Of a DNA stretch of 64,000 nt, positions 24,649-35,621 are shown piece by piece. Under the pieces are notes generated by a model. That model was given only the letters and a program-made list of their open reading frames with translations. It ran no database searches and was not told the DNA's origin. Made by a program: the position numbers and the translations under genes. The DNA lies in assembly GCF_001677475.2 (NCBI RefSeq), contig NZ_CP015229.1. One strand, written 5' to 3'. This DNA is from Escherichia coli (GTDB lineage: Bacteria; Pseudomonadota; Gammaproteobacteria; Enterobacterales; Enterobacteriaceae). The first letter of the stretch is position 1. Every line of letters starts with the position of its first letter.

Positions 24649-24654
24649 CGGAGT

Positions 24655-26028
24655 TTAACTCCGCTTATACAGCGGCAACCAAATTACCAGCCGTAAACCG
24701 CCCAGCGGGCTGTCTTCTGCCTTCACCCAGCCACGATGCTGCTGAATGGCGGTTTCAACAATCGCCAGCCCCAAACCTGTACCGCCAGATTCACGATCGC
24801 GTGCTTCATCGGTACGATAGAACGGACGGAAAATCTGTTCGCGATCTTCCGGGCTAACGCCAGGACCATCGTCGTCCACCGTAATGGTGATACCGTCTTT
24901 ATCTACCGCAAAGCCCACTTCAATCTTCGTATGGGAATAACGCAGGGCATTACGAACAATGTTTTCCAGCGCACTCTCCAGGGCGTTCGGGTTGCCGTAC
25001 AGCGGCCACGGCCCAGGCGGGAAGTTAACCGTCAACGACTTGCCCATCTGCTCGGCTTCGAACGCCGCGTTATCCAGCACTTCACTCCACAACTGGTTGG
25101 CTTTGATGGTCTCGCTAACCAGCGCATTTTTCTGCTGATTACGTGACATCACCAACAGATCGTTGATCATGCTGTCCAGACGTTGCGCTTCGGTTTCAAT
25201 ACGCTCCAGTTCCTTGCTTTCACCGCTACGACGGCGCAGTAACGCCGTACCCAGTTGCAGACGCGTCAGCGGGGTGCGCAGTTCGTGAGAGATATCAGAA
25301 AGTAGACGCTGCTGAGAGGTCATCATGCGCTCCAGCGCGGTGACCATCTGGTTAAAACTGGCACCGGCGGCAAGGAATTCCTGTGGCCCCGCTTCCAGTT
25401 CCGGGTGCTGGCGTAAGTTTCCCTGGGCAACTTCATCTGCAGCGTTTTTCAGCTTACGCGCCGGTTTTGCCAGACTCCAGGCCAACCACAACAGCAGCGG
25501 CGTACTGACCAGCATGGTGACAATCAGCAGTAATAGCGGGCGGTCAAACAGTAAGTTAATGAAATCGGATTGAGAACTGCTGGCCGGACGAATCAGATAA
25601 AGTTGGTAATTATCTTCGCCATCACGCACGGAGAACGGACCGACCAGTTCCACGCGGCCATACTTTTTCTTCTGCGGATGATCGGCGTTATCAGCCTGAC
25701 CAATAAAGTTACGAATGATCTGCATTTCGCTGCGTTCAGCGCCGATCACGCGGCCTTCGGTGGTCACCAATAACAAACGCTGTCCTGGCGGTGCCCACTT
25801 ATCAATCGCCCGGAACAGACGCCGCCACCACATTAAATCGTTGGGCGGATCGTTCGCCAGCTCCGCTTCAACATGCTGCTCAATCATCAGCCCCTGACGC
25901 TGTTCGCTATCCAGAAGCTCGGTCATCTGGCGTGAATCGAGCTTGGGTAACATCAAAACCAACATCAACACCAGCGCCAGCGTCAGCCAGAAGATGGCGA
26001 AGATGCGCGCGGTTAAGCTGCCTATCAT
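24655..26028 (-). CDS. cpxA: Envelope-stress sensor histidine kinase CpxA
   Basis: 457 aa ORF with HAMP/H-box (SHELRTPLT). Confidence 0.95.
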   Translation of the reverse strand: MIGSLTARIFAIFWLTLALVLMLVLMLPKLDSRQMTELLDSEQRQGLMIEQHVEAELANDPPNDLMWWRRLFRAIDKWAPPGQRLLLVTTEGRVIGAERSEMQIIRNFIGQADNADHPQKKKYGRVELVGPFSVRDGEDNYQLYLIRPASSSQSDFINLLFDRPLLLLIVTMLVSTPLLLWLAWSLAKPARKLKNAADEVAQGNLRQHPELEAGPQEFLAAGASFNQMVTALERMMTSQQRLLSDISHELRTPLTRLQLGTALLRRRSGESKELERIETEAQRLDSMINDLLVMSRNQQKNALVSETIKANQLWSEVLDNAAFEAEQMGKSLTVNFPPGPWPLYGNPNALESALENIVRNALRYSHTKIEVGFAVDKDGITITVDDDGPGVSPEDREQIFRPFYRTDEARDRESGGTGLGLAIVETAIQQHRGWVKAEDSPLGGLRLVIWLPLYKRS

Positions 26029-26723
26029 GAAGCAGAAACCATCAGATAGCCGCGACCACGCAAGGTTTTAAACCACGGGTGACCATCTTTACGATCCGGC
26101 AGTTTACGACGCAGGTTGGAAATGTGCATATCGATAGCGCGGTCGAAAGGCGTCAGGCGTTTGCCCAGCACTTCCTGGCTTAAATGTTCACGGGAAACCA
26201 CCTGACCCAGATGCTGTGCCAGCAAATAGAGCAGGGTAAACTCAGTGCCGGTTAACTCCAGCGTTTGCCCGTCGAAGCTGGCTTCCTGACGGCCTGGATT
26301 CAGCACTAAGGCATCAACCTCAAGTGTCGGTGAACCGTTGTCGTTGTTTTGCTGTTGCTCGCTCCAGTGCGAACGGCGCAGGATCGCGCGAATACGTGCC
26401 ACCAGCTCACGATCATTAAACGGTTTCGGGAGATAGTCATCTGCGCCCAGCTCAAGGCCGAGAACGCGATCAAGTTCACTGCCGCGCGCCGTCAACATAA
26501 TGACAGGCGTCTGGTGTGTCTGGCGAAGTGCTTTTAATGTGTCGATACCATTTTTCTTTGGCATCATTACATCAAGCAAAAGTAAATCAATGCTGTCGTC
26601 CAGAAGATCAAGCGCCTGTTCCCCATCGTGGGCAACAATCACGTTGAAGCCTTCCATCTCGAGCAGCTCCTTTAATAGGGAAGTCAGCTCTCGGTCATCA
26701 TCAACTAACAGGATTTTATTCAT
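26025..26723 (-). CDS. cpxR: Response regulator CpxR
   Basis: 232 aa OmpR-family ORF, overlaps cpxA start. Confidence 0.95.
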   Translation of the reverse strand: MNKILLVDDDRELTSLLKELLEMEGFNVIVAHDGEQALDLLDDSIDLLLLDVMMPKKNGIDTLKALRQTHQTPVIMLTARGSELDRVLGLELGADDYLPKPFNDRELVARIRAILRRSHWSEQQQNNDNGSPTLEVDALVLNPGRQEASFDGQTLELTGTEFTLLYLLAQHLGQVVSREHLSQEVLGKRLTPFDRAIDMHISNLRRKLPDRKDGHPWFKTLRGRGYLMVSAS

Positions 26724-26777
26724 TGTTTAAATACCTCCGAGGCAGAAATTACGTCATCAGACGTCGCTAATCCATGA

Positions 26778-26793
26778 CTTTACGTTGTTTTAC
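26778..26793 (-). promoter_or_regulatory. CpxR box (GTAAA-N5-GTAAA) in cpxR/cpxP divergent promoter region
   Basis: Minus-strand reading GTAAAACAACGTAAAG. Confidence 0.6.
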
Positions 26794-26872
26794 ACCCCCT
26801 GACGCATGTTTGCAGCCTGAATCGTAAACTCTCTATCGTTGAATCGCGACAGAAAGATTTTGGGAGCAAATG

Positions 26873-27373
26873 ATGCGCATAGTTACCGCTGCCGTCATGG
26901 CCTCAACGCTGGCAGTCAGTTCATTAAGCCACGCTGCTGAAGTCGGTTCAGGCGATAACTGGCATCCGGGTGAAGAACTTACGCAGCGCAGTACGCAGAG
27001 CCATATGTTCGACGGCATAAGTTTAACCGAACATCAGCGTCAGCAGATGCGAGATCTTATGCAACAGGCCCGGCACGAACAGCCTCCTGTTAATGTTAGC
27101 GAACTGGAGACAATGCATCGCCTTGTCACCGCAGAAAATTTTGATGAAAACGCTGTGCGCGCACAGGCAGAAAAAATGGCGAATGAGCAAATTGCTCGTC
27201 AGGTTGAGATGGCAAAAGTCCGCAACCAAATGTATCGCCTGTTAACGCCGGAGCAGCAAGCGGTTTTAAACGAGAAACATCAACAACGAATGGAGCAGTT
27301 GCGCGACGTGACGCAATGGCAAAAAAGTTCATTGTTGAAGCTATTGAGTAGTAGCAACTCACGTTCCCAGTAG
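26873..27373 (+). CDS. cpxP: Periplasmic Cpx pathway inhibitor/chaperone CpxP
   Basis: 166 aa from [21 protein letters not shown]... Confidence 0.9.
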   Translation: MRIVTAAVMASTLAVSSLSHAAEVGSGDNWHPGEELTQRSTQSHMFDGISLTEHQRQQMRDLMQQARHEQPPVNVSELETMHRLVTAENFDENAVRAQAEKMANEQIARQVEMAKVRNQMYRLLTPEQQAVLNEKHQQRMEQLRDVTQWQKSSLLKLLSSSNSRSQ

Positions 27374-27375
27374 TA

Positions 27376-27439
27376 AACCCTGTTTTCCTTGCCATAGACA
27401 CCATCCCTGTCTTCCCCCACATGATGTGGGGGTTTTTTT
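27376..27439 (+). ncRNA. cpxQ: cpxP 3'UTR-derived sRNA region (CpxQ) ending at the cpxP intrinsic terminator
   Basis: Position directly after cpxP stop; terminator hairpin cccccacatgatgtggggg + T8 at 27413-27439; exact 5' end not determinable from sequence. Confidence 0.5.
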
Positions 27440-27521
27440 TATCCTCAATTTGCCTGCTGCTTAATGCATTGCAGATGATTTGCTTCCGTTATACTAGCGT
27501 CAGTTGATAGCGGGAGTATTT

Positions 27522-28424
27522 ATGAATCAATCTTATGGACGGCTGGTCAGTCGGGCGGCGATTGCTGCGACGGCGATGGCTTCGCTGCTATTGCTGATTA
27601 AAATTTTTGCATGGTGGTATACCGGGTCGGTGAGTATTCTCGCCGCGCTGGTGGATTCGCTGGTGGATATCGGCGCGTCGTTGACGAATTTACTGGTGGT
27701 GCGATATTCCCTGCAACCTGCCGACGATAATCACTCGTTTGGTCACGGTAAAGCTGAGTCCCTCGCGGCGCTGGCGCAAAGTATGTTTATCTCCGGTTCA
27801 GCACTATTCCTGTTTTTGACGGGTATTCAACATCTGATATCTCCAACACCGATGACAGATCCAGGCGTCGGGGTTATCGTGACAATTGTGGCGCTAATTT
27901 GTACGATTATCCTTGTCTCGTTTCAGCGTTGGGTGGTGCGCCGGACGCAAAGCCAGGCGGTGCGGGCTGATATGCTACATTACCAGTCTGATGTTATGAT
28001 GAACGGCGCAATTCTGCTGGCGCTGGGGTTGTCCTGGTACGGCTGGCATCGCGCCGATGCTCTGTTTGCATTGGGAATCGGCATCTATATTTTATATAGC
28101 GCGTTACGCATGGGATATGAGGCGGTACAGTCATTACTGGATCGCGCATTGCCTGATGAGGAACGGCAAGAAATTATTGATATCGTGACTTCCTGGCCGG
28201 GTGTTAGCGGCGCTCACGATCTTCGCACGCGGCAGTCAGGGCCGACCCGCTTTATTCAGATTCATTTGGAAATGGAAGACTCTCTGCCTTTGGTTCAGGC
28301 ACATATGGTGGCGGATCAGGTAGAGCAGGCTATTTTACGGCGTTTTCCGGGATCGGATGTGATTATCCATCAGGACCCCTGTTCCGTCGTACCCAGGGAG
28401 GGTAAACGGTCTATGCTTTCATAA
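27522..28424 (+). CDS. fieF: Cation-diffusion facilitator (ferrous iron/zinc efflux) FieF
   Basis: 300 aa from [13 protein letters not shown]... Confidence 0.9.
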
Positions 28425-28604
28425 TCAGTATAAAAGAGAGCCAGACCCGCATTTTGTGTATAAAATACCGCCATTTGGCCTGACCTGAATCAATTCAGCA
28501 GGAAGTGATTGTTATACTATTTGCACATTCGTTGGATCACTTCGATGTGTAAGAAGACTTCCGGCAACAGATTTCATTTTGCATTCCAAAGTTCAGAGGT
28601 AGTC

Positions 28605-29567
28605 ATGATTAAGAAAATCGGTGTGTTGACAAGCGGCGGTGATGCGCCAGGCATGAACGCCGCAATTCGCGGGGTTGTTCGTTCTGCGCTGACAGAAGGT
28701 CTGGAAGTAATGGGCATTTATGACGGCTATCTGGGTCTGTATGAAGACCGTATGGTACAGCTAGACCGTTACAGCGTTTCTGACATGATCAACCGTGGCG
28801 GTACGTTTCTCGGTTCTGCGCGTTTCCCGGAATTCCGCGACGAGAACATCCGCGCCGTGGCTATCGAAAACCTGAAAAAACGTGGTATCGACGCGCTGGT
28901 GGTTATCGGCGGTGACGGTTCCTACATGGGTGCAATGCGTCTGACCGAAATGGGCTTCCCGTGCATCGGCCTGCCGGGCACTATCGACAACGATATCAAA
29001 GGCACTGACTACACTATCGGTTTCTTCACTGCGCTGAGCACCGTTGTAGAAGCGATCGACCGTCTGCGTGACACCTCTTCTTCTCACCAGCGTATTTCCG
29101 TGGTGGAAGTGATGGGCCGTTATTGTGGCGATCTGACGTTGGCTGCGGCCATTGCCGGTGGCTGTGAATTCGTTGTGGTTCCGGAAGTTGAATTCAGCCG
29201 TGAAGACCTGGTAAACGAAATCAAAGCGGGTATCGCGAAAGGTAAAAAACACGCGATCGTGGCGATTACCGAACATATGTGTGATGTTGACGAACTGGCG
29301 CATTTCATCGAGAAAGAAACCGGTCGTGAAACCCGCGCAACTGTGCTGGGCCACATCCAGCGCGGTGGTTCTCCGGTGCCTTACGACCGTATTCTGGCTT
29401 CCCGTATGGGCGCTTACGCTATCGATCTGCTGCTGGCAGGTTACGGCGGTCGTTGCGTAGGTATCCAGAACGAACAGCTGGTTCACCACGACATCATCGA
29501 CGCTATCGAAAACATGAAGCGTCCGTTCAAAGGCGACTGGCTGGACTGCGCGAAAAAACTGTATTAA
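28605..29567 (+). CDS. pfkA: 6-phosphofructokinase I
   Basis: [23 protein letters not shown]... (320 aa). Confidence 0.95.
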
Positions 29568-29624
29568 TGATTTCGGAAAAAGGCAGATTCCTTTAGCCTG
29601 AAACCGATGACAGAAGCAAAAATG

Positions 29625-29725
29625 CCTGATGCGCTTCGCTTATCAGGCCTACATGAATTCTGCAATTTATTGAATTTGCGAACTTTTGTAGGCCGGATAA
29701 GGCGTTCGCGCCGCATCCGGCATGG
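29625..29725. repeat. REP element cluster downstream of pfkA
   Basis: gcctgatgcgcttcgcttatcaggcctac ... gtaggccggataaggcgttcgcgccgcatccggca. Confidence 0.7.
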
Positions 29726-29886
29726 ACAAAGCGCACTTTGTCAGCAATATGAGGCGGATTTCTTCCGCCTTTTTAATCCCCCAACATATACCCGCAAGTT
29801 ATAGCCAATCTTTTTTTATTCTTTAATGTTTGGTTAACCTTCTGGCACGCTTTGCTCATCACAACACAACATAAGAGAGTCGGGCG

Positions 29887-30876
29887 ATGAACAAGTGGGG
29901 CGTAGGGTTAACATTTTTGCTGGCGGCAACCAGCGTTATGGCAAAGGATATTCAGCTTCTTAACGTTTCATATGATCCAACACGCGAATTGTACGAACAG
30001 TACAACAAGGCATTCAGCGCCCACTGGAAACAGCAAACTGGCGATAACGTGGTGATCCGTCAGTCCCACGGTGGTTCAGGCAAACAAGCGACGTCGGTAA
30101 TCAACGGTATTGAAGCTGATGTTGTCACGCTGGCTCTGGCCTATGACGTGGACGCAATTGCGGAACGCGGGCGGATTGATAAAGAGTGGATCAAACGTCT
30201 GCCGGATAACTCCGCACCGTACACTTCCACCATTGTTTTCCTGGTACGTAAGGGCAATCCGAAGCAGATCCATGACTGGAACGATCTGATTAAACCGGGT
30301 GTTTCGGTGATCACGCCTAATCCGAAAAGCTCTGGTGGCGCGCGCTGGAACTACCTGGCAGCCTGGGGCTACGCGCTGCATCACAACAACAACGATCAGG
30401 CAAAAGCACAGGATTTTGTTCGGGCACTGTATAAAAACGTCGAAGTTCTGGATTCTGGCGCGCGCGGCTCCACTAACACTTTTGTCGACCGCGGAATTGG
30501 CGATGTACTGATTGCCTGGGAAAACGAAGCTCTGCTGGCAGCAAATGAACTGGGGAAAGATAAATTCGAAATCGTCACGCCGAGTGAGTCTATCCTCGCA
30601 GAGCCAACCGTGTCGGTGGTCGATAAAGTGGTCGAGAAAAAAGGTACCAAAGAGGTGGCGGAAGCCTACCTGAAATATCTCTACTCGCCAGAAGGTCAGG
30701 AAATTGCCGCGAAAAACTACTACCGTCCGCGCGACGCTGAGGTAGCGAAAAAGTACGAAAATGCGTTTCCAAAGCTGAAGTTATTCACCATTGATGAAGA
30801 GTTCGGCGGCTGGACGAAAGCGCAAAAAGAGCATTTTGCTAACGGCGGTACGTTCGATCAGATCAGCAAACGCTGA
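29887..30876 (+). CDS. sbp: Periplasmic sulfate-binding protein
   Basis: 329 aa ORF with signal peptide. Confidence 0.9.
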   Translation: MNKWGVGLTFLLAATSVMAKDIQLLNVSYDPTRELYEQYNKAFSAHWKQQTGDNVVIRQSHGGSGKQATSVINGIEADVVTLALAYDVDAIAERGRIDKEWIKRLPDNSAPYTSTIVFLVRKGNPKQIHDWNDLIKPGVSVITPNPKSSGGARWNYLAAWGYALHHNNNDQAKAQDFVRALYKNVEVLDSGARGSTNTFVDRGIGDVLIAWENEALLAANELGKDKFEIVTPSESILAEPTVSVVDKVVEKKGTKEVAEAYLKYLYSPEGQEIAAKNYYRPRDAEVAKKYENAFPKLKLFTIDEEFGGWTKAQKEHFANGGTFDQISKR

Positions 30877-30982
30877 TTTCCCCAGGATAATTATCAAACC
30901 CGGTGGTTTCTCGCGACCGGGTTTTTTATTTGTCACGATTTTGCGTTACCCTTGCATCTCTTTGAGGTACAGGGAAAAAAAG

Positions 30983-31738
30983 ATGAAAAAAGCGGGTCTT
31001 CTTTTTTTGGTGATGATAGTTATCGCCGTTGTGGCTGCCGGTATTGGTTACTGGAAATTAACCGGTGAAGAGTCGGATACATTACGTAAGATTGTCCTTG
31101 AGGAATGTTTGCCCAATCAGCAGCAAAATCAAAATCCTTCGCCATGTGCGGAAGTCAAACCTAATGCCGGATACGTGGTTTTAAAAGATCTTAATGGCCC
31201 ACTGCAATATCTGTTGATGCCAACGTATCGTATTAACGGTACTGAAAGTCCTTTGTTGACCGATCCTTCAACGCCGAACTTTTTTTGGTTGGCCTGGCAG
31301 GCGCGTGATTTTATGAGCAAAAAATACGGCCAGCCGGTTCCCGATCGCGCGGTTTCTTTGGCGATCAACTCCCGCACCGGGCGTACGCAAAACCATTTTC
31401 ATATTCATATCTCTTGTATTCGTCCTGATGTGCGCGAACAGCTGGATAACAATCTGGCGAACATCAGCAGCCGCTGGTTGCCACTGCCAGGTGGTTTGCG
31501 CGGGCATGAATACCTGGCGCGTCGGGTAACGGAAAGCGAACTGGTACAACGCAGCCCATTTATGATGCTGGCGGAAGAAGTGCCTGAGGCGCGGGAACAT
31601 ATGGGAAGCTACGGGCTGGCGATGGTACGGCAGAGTGATAACTCATTTGTATTGCTGGCGACACAACGAAATCTACTGACGCTTAACCGTGCTTCAGCCG
31701 AAGAAATTCAGGATCATCAGTGTGAGATTTTGCGTTAA
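30983..31738 (+). CDS. cdh: CDP-diacylglycerol pyrophosphatase
   Basis: 251 aa from [16 protein letters not shown]...; longer track ORF start rejected. Confidence 0.85.
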   Translation: MKKAGLLFLVMIVIAVVAAGIGYWKLTGEESDTLRKIVLEECLPNQQQNQNPSPCAEVKPNAGYVVLKDLNGPLQYLLMPTYRINGTESPLLTDPSTPNFFWLAWQARDFMSKKYGQPVPDRAVSLAINSRTGRTQNHFHIHISCIRPDVREQLDNNLANISSRWLPLPGGLRGHEYLARRVTESELVQRSPFMMLAEEVPEAREHMGSYGLAMVRQSDNSFVLLATQRNLLTLNRASAEEIQDHQCEILR

Positions 31739-31757
31739 GGCGAAGAGTTAAGGAAAG

Positions 31758-31786
31758 TAAGTGCCGGATATGAAATCCGGCACCTG
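31758..31786. terminator. Bidirectional hairpin terminator between cdh and tpiA (gtgccggat...atccggcac)
   Basis: 9-bp perfect inverted repeat between convergent genes. Confidence 0.5.
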
Positions 31787-31792
31787 TCAGAC

Positions 31793-32560
31793 TTAAGCCT
31801 GTTTAGCCGCTTCTGCAGCTTTAACGATTACTGCGAAAGCGTCAGCTTTCAGAGAAGCACCGCCAACCAGCGCGCCGTCGATGTCTGGTTGAGCAAACAG
31901 TTCTGCAGCGTTAGACGCGTTTACAGAGCCGCCGTACTGAATGATCACTTGTTCAGCGATGTTAGCGTCAACTTTAGCGATGTGGTCACGGATGAATTTG
32001 TGAACAGCCTGTGCCTGAGCCGGAGTTGCAGATTTGCCAGTACCGATTGCCCATACAGGTTCGTAAGCGATAACCGCACCTTCGAATGCCGCAGCACCCT
32101 GAGTTTTCAGTACCGCGTCGATCTGACGTGCGCAAACTTCTTCAGTTTTTCCCGCTTCGTTTTCAGCTTCGGTTTCACCGATGCACAGAACCGGAGTCAG
32201 ACCCTGCTCTTTCAGCACCGCGAATTTTTTCGCGATCAGTTCGTCAGACTCGTTGTGGTAAGTACGACGTTCAGAGTGGCCGATGATGATGTACTGTGCG
32301 CCGATGTCTTTCAGCATAGCAGCAGAGGTTTCACCGGTGAATGCGCCGGACAGGTTCAGGTCCACGTTTTGCGCACCCAGCATGATGTGGCTGCCTTCAG
32401 CTTCGCGCTTCGCCATATCGATGTACATTTCCGGTGGTGCGATTGCAACCGCACAGCCAGCAACACCTGCCAGCTCTTTACGCAGGTTAGAAACCAGCTC
32501 GTGAACCATGTGGCGGCTGCCGTTCAGTTTCCAGTTACCCATCACTAAAGGATGTCGCAT
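31793..32560 (-). CDS. tpiA: Triosephosphate isomerase
   Basis: 255 aa [17 protein letters not shown]... Confidence 0.95.
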   Translation of the reverse strand: MRHPLVMGNWKLNGSRHMVHELVSNLRKELAGVAGCAVAIAPPEMYIDMAKREAEGSHIMLGAQNVDLNLSGAFTGETSAAMLKDIGAQYIIIGHSERRTYHNESDELIAKKFAVLKEQGLTPVLCIGETEAENEAGKTEEVCARQIDAVLKTQGAAAFEGAVIAYEPVWAIGTGKSATPAQAQAVHKFIRDHIAKVDANIAEQVIIQYGGSVNASNAAELFAQPDIDGALVGGASLKADAFAVIVKAAEAAKQA

Positions 32561-32667
32561 TTTAATTCTCCACGCTTATAAGCGAATAAAGGAAGATGGC
32601 CGCCCCGCAGGGCAGCAGGTCTGTGAAACAGTATAGAGATTCATCGGCACAAAGGCTTTGCTTTTTG

Positions 32668-33267
32668 TCATTTATTCAAACCTTCAAGCGATTCAGATAG
32701 CGCCAGCTTAATCGGTTCAACAGCGAAGGTCAGCCCCTTTTCGCCGTTGTCCGCGACAACATAACGCAGTGCACCTTCTGTCTCGGTGTAATAACGTTTG
32801 TTTTTCCCCGCCGTTAGTAGCGACTGCAGTTTTTTCTGGCTTTGTGTTTTGGTCATTAATGGGGTGAGTGTGCGGATCACTGCTGCCATGTATTCCTGAG
32901 CTTTCGCTTTCGCTGCTTTTTGCTCTGGCCCCTGGATGGGTAGCCAGGTCATTTGAATGCTTTTGATTTTTAAGGTACCGCGCTCCAGCGCAGTAGACGC
33001 ATACAAATTCTCGTTAATTTTACTTGCAGCACGAGTGAGATTGGCTTTGTCGGGACTGCTGTCGATGGCACGAAATTCGTTCAGTGGCAGGCTGGGATTC
33101 TGGCTGTTAAAGTCTTCTCGAAACTGGCTGATGGAGAGATCGAAAGTAGGGGCTCCAGCCAGCAGATAAGGCGCGGTCGTTGCCGTATCTGGTGTTTGTG
33201 CATGCGCCGTTGTTGTAACGGTTAATGCAGAACATAAGAGAAAAAACAGCGTACACCCTGGCTTCAT
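32668..33267 (-). CDS. yiiQ: Periplasmic protein YiiQ (DUF1454)
   Basis: 199 aa ORF with signal peptide. Confidence 0.8.
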   Translation of the reverse strand: MKPGCTLFFLLCSALTVTTTAHAQTPDTATTAPYLLAGAPTFDLSISQFREDFNSQNPSLPLNEFRAIDSSPDKANLTRAASKINENLYASTALERGTLKIKSIQMTWLPIQGPEQKAAKAKAQEYMAAVIRTLTPLMTKTQSQKKLQSLLTAGKNKRYYTETEGALRYVVADNGEKGLTFAVEPIKLALSESLEGLNK

Positions 33268-33367
33268 TGACAGTACCTTTTGTTATGACTGGCTCCGATT
33301 AAAACGATATCTGTCGCCCTTGTCAAAAGGGTAGAATCCTGGAAAAGACAACCATCAAGGAACTTAC

Positions 33368-33808
33368 ATGACCATACAGCAATGGTTATTCTCATTTAAA
33401 GGGCGTATTGGACGCCGTGATTTCTGGATTTGGATAGGCCTGTGGTTCGCAGGCATGCTGGTGCTTTTCTCACTGGCGGGTAAAAATTTACTCGATATTC
33501 AGACCGCGGCGTTTTGCCTTGTGTGCTTGCTTTGGCCAACAGCGGCAGTAACCGTTAAGCGCTTGCATGATCGCGGGCGTTCCGGCGCATGGGCATTTCT
33601 GATGATTGTGGCGTGGATGCTGCTGGCGGGTAACTGGGCGATTTTACCGGGTGTCTGGCAATGGGCGGTGGGGCGTTTTGTCCCGACGTTGATTCTGGTG
33701 ATGATGCTTATCGATCTTGGTGCGTTTGTTGGCACACAAGGCGAAAATAAATATGGTAAAGATACCCAGGATGTGAAGTATAAAGCCGACAATAAATCAA
33801 GTAATTAA
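33368..33808 (+). CDS. yiiR: Inner-membrane protein YiiR (DUF805)
   Basis: 146 aa hydrophobic ORF. Confidence 0.8.
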   Translation: MTIQQWLFSFKGRIGRRDFWIWIGLWFAGMLVLFSLAGKNLLDIQTAAFCLVCLLWPTAAVTVKRLHDRGRSGAWAFLMIVAWMLLAGNWAILPGVWQWAVGRFVPTLILVMMLIDLGAFVGTQGENKYGKDTQDVKYKADNKSSN

Positions 33809-34019
33809 CCTTTAATATATCTCTTACTGCTATTTTTTTCCGGGATTGTTATTTCCACGATGCAAATGACAATGCCCGGAAAATCCTTCTGAACTCTTCA
33901 CCTTAAGCAATATCAAAAAAAATGGTAATCCATAAGATCATTACTTGTTTGTTCTTCCCTTAACGGCGCATTATTCTTAAGTCGTAATCGACAGAGAGGC
34001 GAATATACAGAGGTGCCCT

Positions 34020-34319
34020 ATGAAAGATGTCGTAGATAAATGCAGTACTAAAGGATGTGCGATTGATATCGGTACGGTGATTGATAACGACAACTGTACC
34101 AGTAAGTTTTCGCGCTTTTTTGCCACCCGCGAAGAAGCAGAGTCCTTTATGACCAAACTGAAAGAGCTTGCCGCCGCTGCATCCTCTGCAGATGAAGGGG
34201 CCAGCGTGGCCTATAAGATTAAGGATCTGGAGGGGCAAGTTGAGCTTGATGCGGCCTTCACCTTCTCATGCCAGGCCGAGATGATTATTTTTGAGTTATC
34301 ACTGCGTTCGTTAGCTTGA
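34020..34319 (+). CDS. yiiS: YiiS (UPF0381)
   Basis: 99 aa ORF upstream of uspD. Confidence 0.8.
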   Translation: MKDVVDKCSTKGCAIDIGTVIDNDNCTSKFSRFFATREEAESFMTKLKELAAAASSADEGASVAYKIKDLEGQVELDAAFTFSCQAEMIIFELSLRSLA

Positions 34320-34345
34320 TGGAGTTGCTTTAGAAGGAGTTAAAC

Positions 34346-34774
34346 ATGGCTTATAAACACATTGGCGTGGCAATTTCCGGGAATGAAGAAGATGCCTTAC
34401 TGGTGAATAAAGCCCTGGAGCTCGCCAGACATAATGACGCTCACCTGACGTTAATTCATATTGATGATGGCTTAAGCGAGTTGTATCCGGGTATCTACTT
34501 CCCTGCAACAGAAGATATTCTTCAATTGTTGAAGAATAAGTCGGATAACAAGCTGTATAAACTGACGAAAAATATTCAATGGCCGAAGACAAAACTGCGT
34601 ATTGAACGCGGAGAAATGCCGGAAACACTGCTGGAAATTATGCAAAAAGAGCAGTGCGACCTCCTTGTCTGTGGTCATCATCACTCATTTATCAACCGTT
34701 TGATGCCGGCATATCGCGGGATGATCAATAAGTTGAGTGCGGATTTGCTCATCGTGCCGTTTATCGATAAGTAA
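34346..34774 (+). CDS. uspD: Universal stress protein D
   Basis: 142 aa ORF. Confidence 0.85.
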   Translation: MAYKHIGVAISGNEEDALLVNKALELARHNDAHLTLIHIDDGLSELYPGIYFPATEDILQLLKNKSDNKLYKLTKNIQWPKTKLRIERGEMPETLLEIMQKEQCDLLVCGHHHSFINRLMPAYRGMINKLSADLLIVPFIDK

Positions 34775-34778
34775 CCGC

Positions 34779-35525
34779 TTACCAGTAATGCTCCGCTGTC
34801 ATATGGCCCGGTCGGCGACGTAAATGTTTCGTCATCTGCCGGGTCTCTTTTAGCAACTGTTGTGTATCGCGCACCATCTGTGGATTGCCGCACAGCATCA
34901 CATGGCTGGTTTCTTTATTCATCGGCAGGCCAATCGCGCTTTCCAGTTCACCACTTTCAATTAACGCCGGTATCCGCCCGGTGAGTGATCCCGCCGCCGT
35001 TTCCCGACTGACCACCGTCTGAATGCGCAGTTTCCCTTCGTAGCGTTTTTCCAGTTCTTGCATCAGTGGCAAATAGCTTAAGTCGGCGGCATAACGTGCG
35101 GCGTGAACCAGGACCAGATTTTTGAAGCGATCTAAATCTTTGCCTAGTTGCAGAATCGATAAATAAGGGCCAATCGCTGTACCGGTTGCCAGCATCCATA
35201 GCGTTTCGCAATCTGGTACTTCCTCCAGAACAAAGAAACCAGCTGCTTCGCTAACTACCTGCACTTCATCGCCCGGTTTCAGTGCCGCCAGTCGTGGGCT
35301 TAATTTGCCATCGGGGACGGTGACCAGGTAAAACTCCAGATCGGGATTATCGGGCGAGTTAACATAGGAGTAGGCGCGCTGGACGCGTTCGCCGTCGATT
35401 TCAAGGCCAAGCTTGGTGAATTGCCCGGCGGTAAACGGAAGCACGGGGGCGTGAACGGTGAGACTAAACAGGGCGTCGGTCCAGTTCTGCACTTTAGTGA
35501 CTTTGCCTGTTACCCAATCAGCCAT
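34779..35525 (-). CDS. fpr: Ferredoxin/flavodoxin-NADP+ reductase
   Basis: 248 aa ORF. Confidence 0.9.
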   Translation of the reverse strand: MADWVTGKVTKVQNWTDALFSLTVHAPVLPFTAGQFTKLGLEIDGERVQRAYSYVNSPDNPDLEFYLVTVPDGKLSPRLAALKPGDEVQVVSEAAGFFVLEEVPDCETLWMLATGTAIGPYLSILQLGKDLDRFKNLVLVHAARYAADLSYLPLMQELEKRYEGKLRIQTVVSRETAAGSLTGRIPALIESGELESAIGLPMNKETSHVMLCGNPQMVRDTQQLLKETRQMTKHLRRRPGHMTAEHYW

Positions 35526-35571
35526 GTTTTTCTCCTATTTTGATTGACTTGCCTTATCTTCGTTCTCCGAA

Positions 35572-35600
35572 CAAAAAAATTCCAGTCCCGAAGGACTGGA
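35572..35600 (-). terminator. Rho-independent terminator of glpX (ccagtcc...ggactgg with T-run on minus strand)
   Basis: Hairpin plus A7 on plus strand (T7 on minus). Confidence 0.6.
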
Positions 35601-35621
35601 AGGCTCAATCGATCAAATCAA

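Noticed and set aside
30791-30982. Extended N-terminus of cdh from the ORF track (315 aa)
   Set aside because: Extension overlaps the sbp 3' end and lacks a signal peptide; the internal ATG at 30983 gives the expected 251-aa protein
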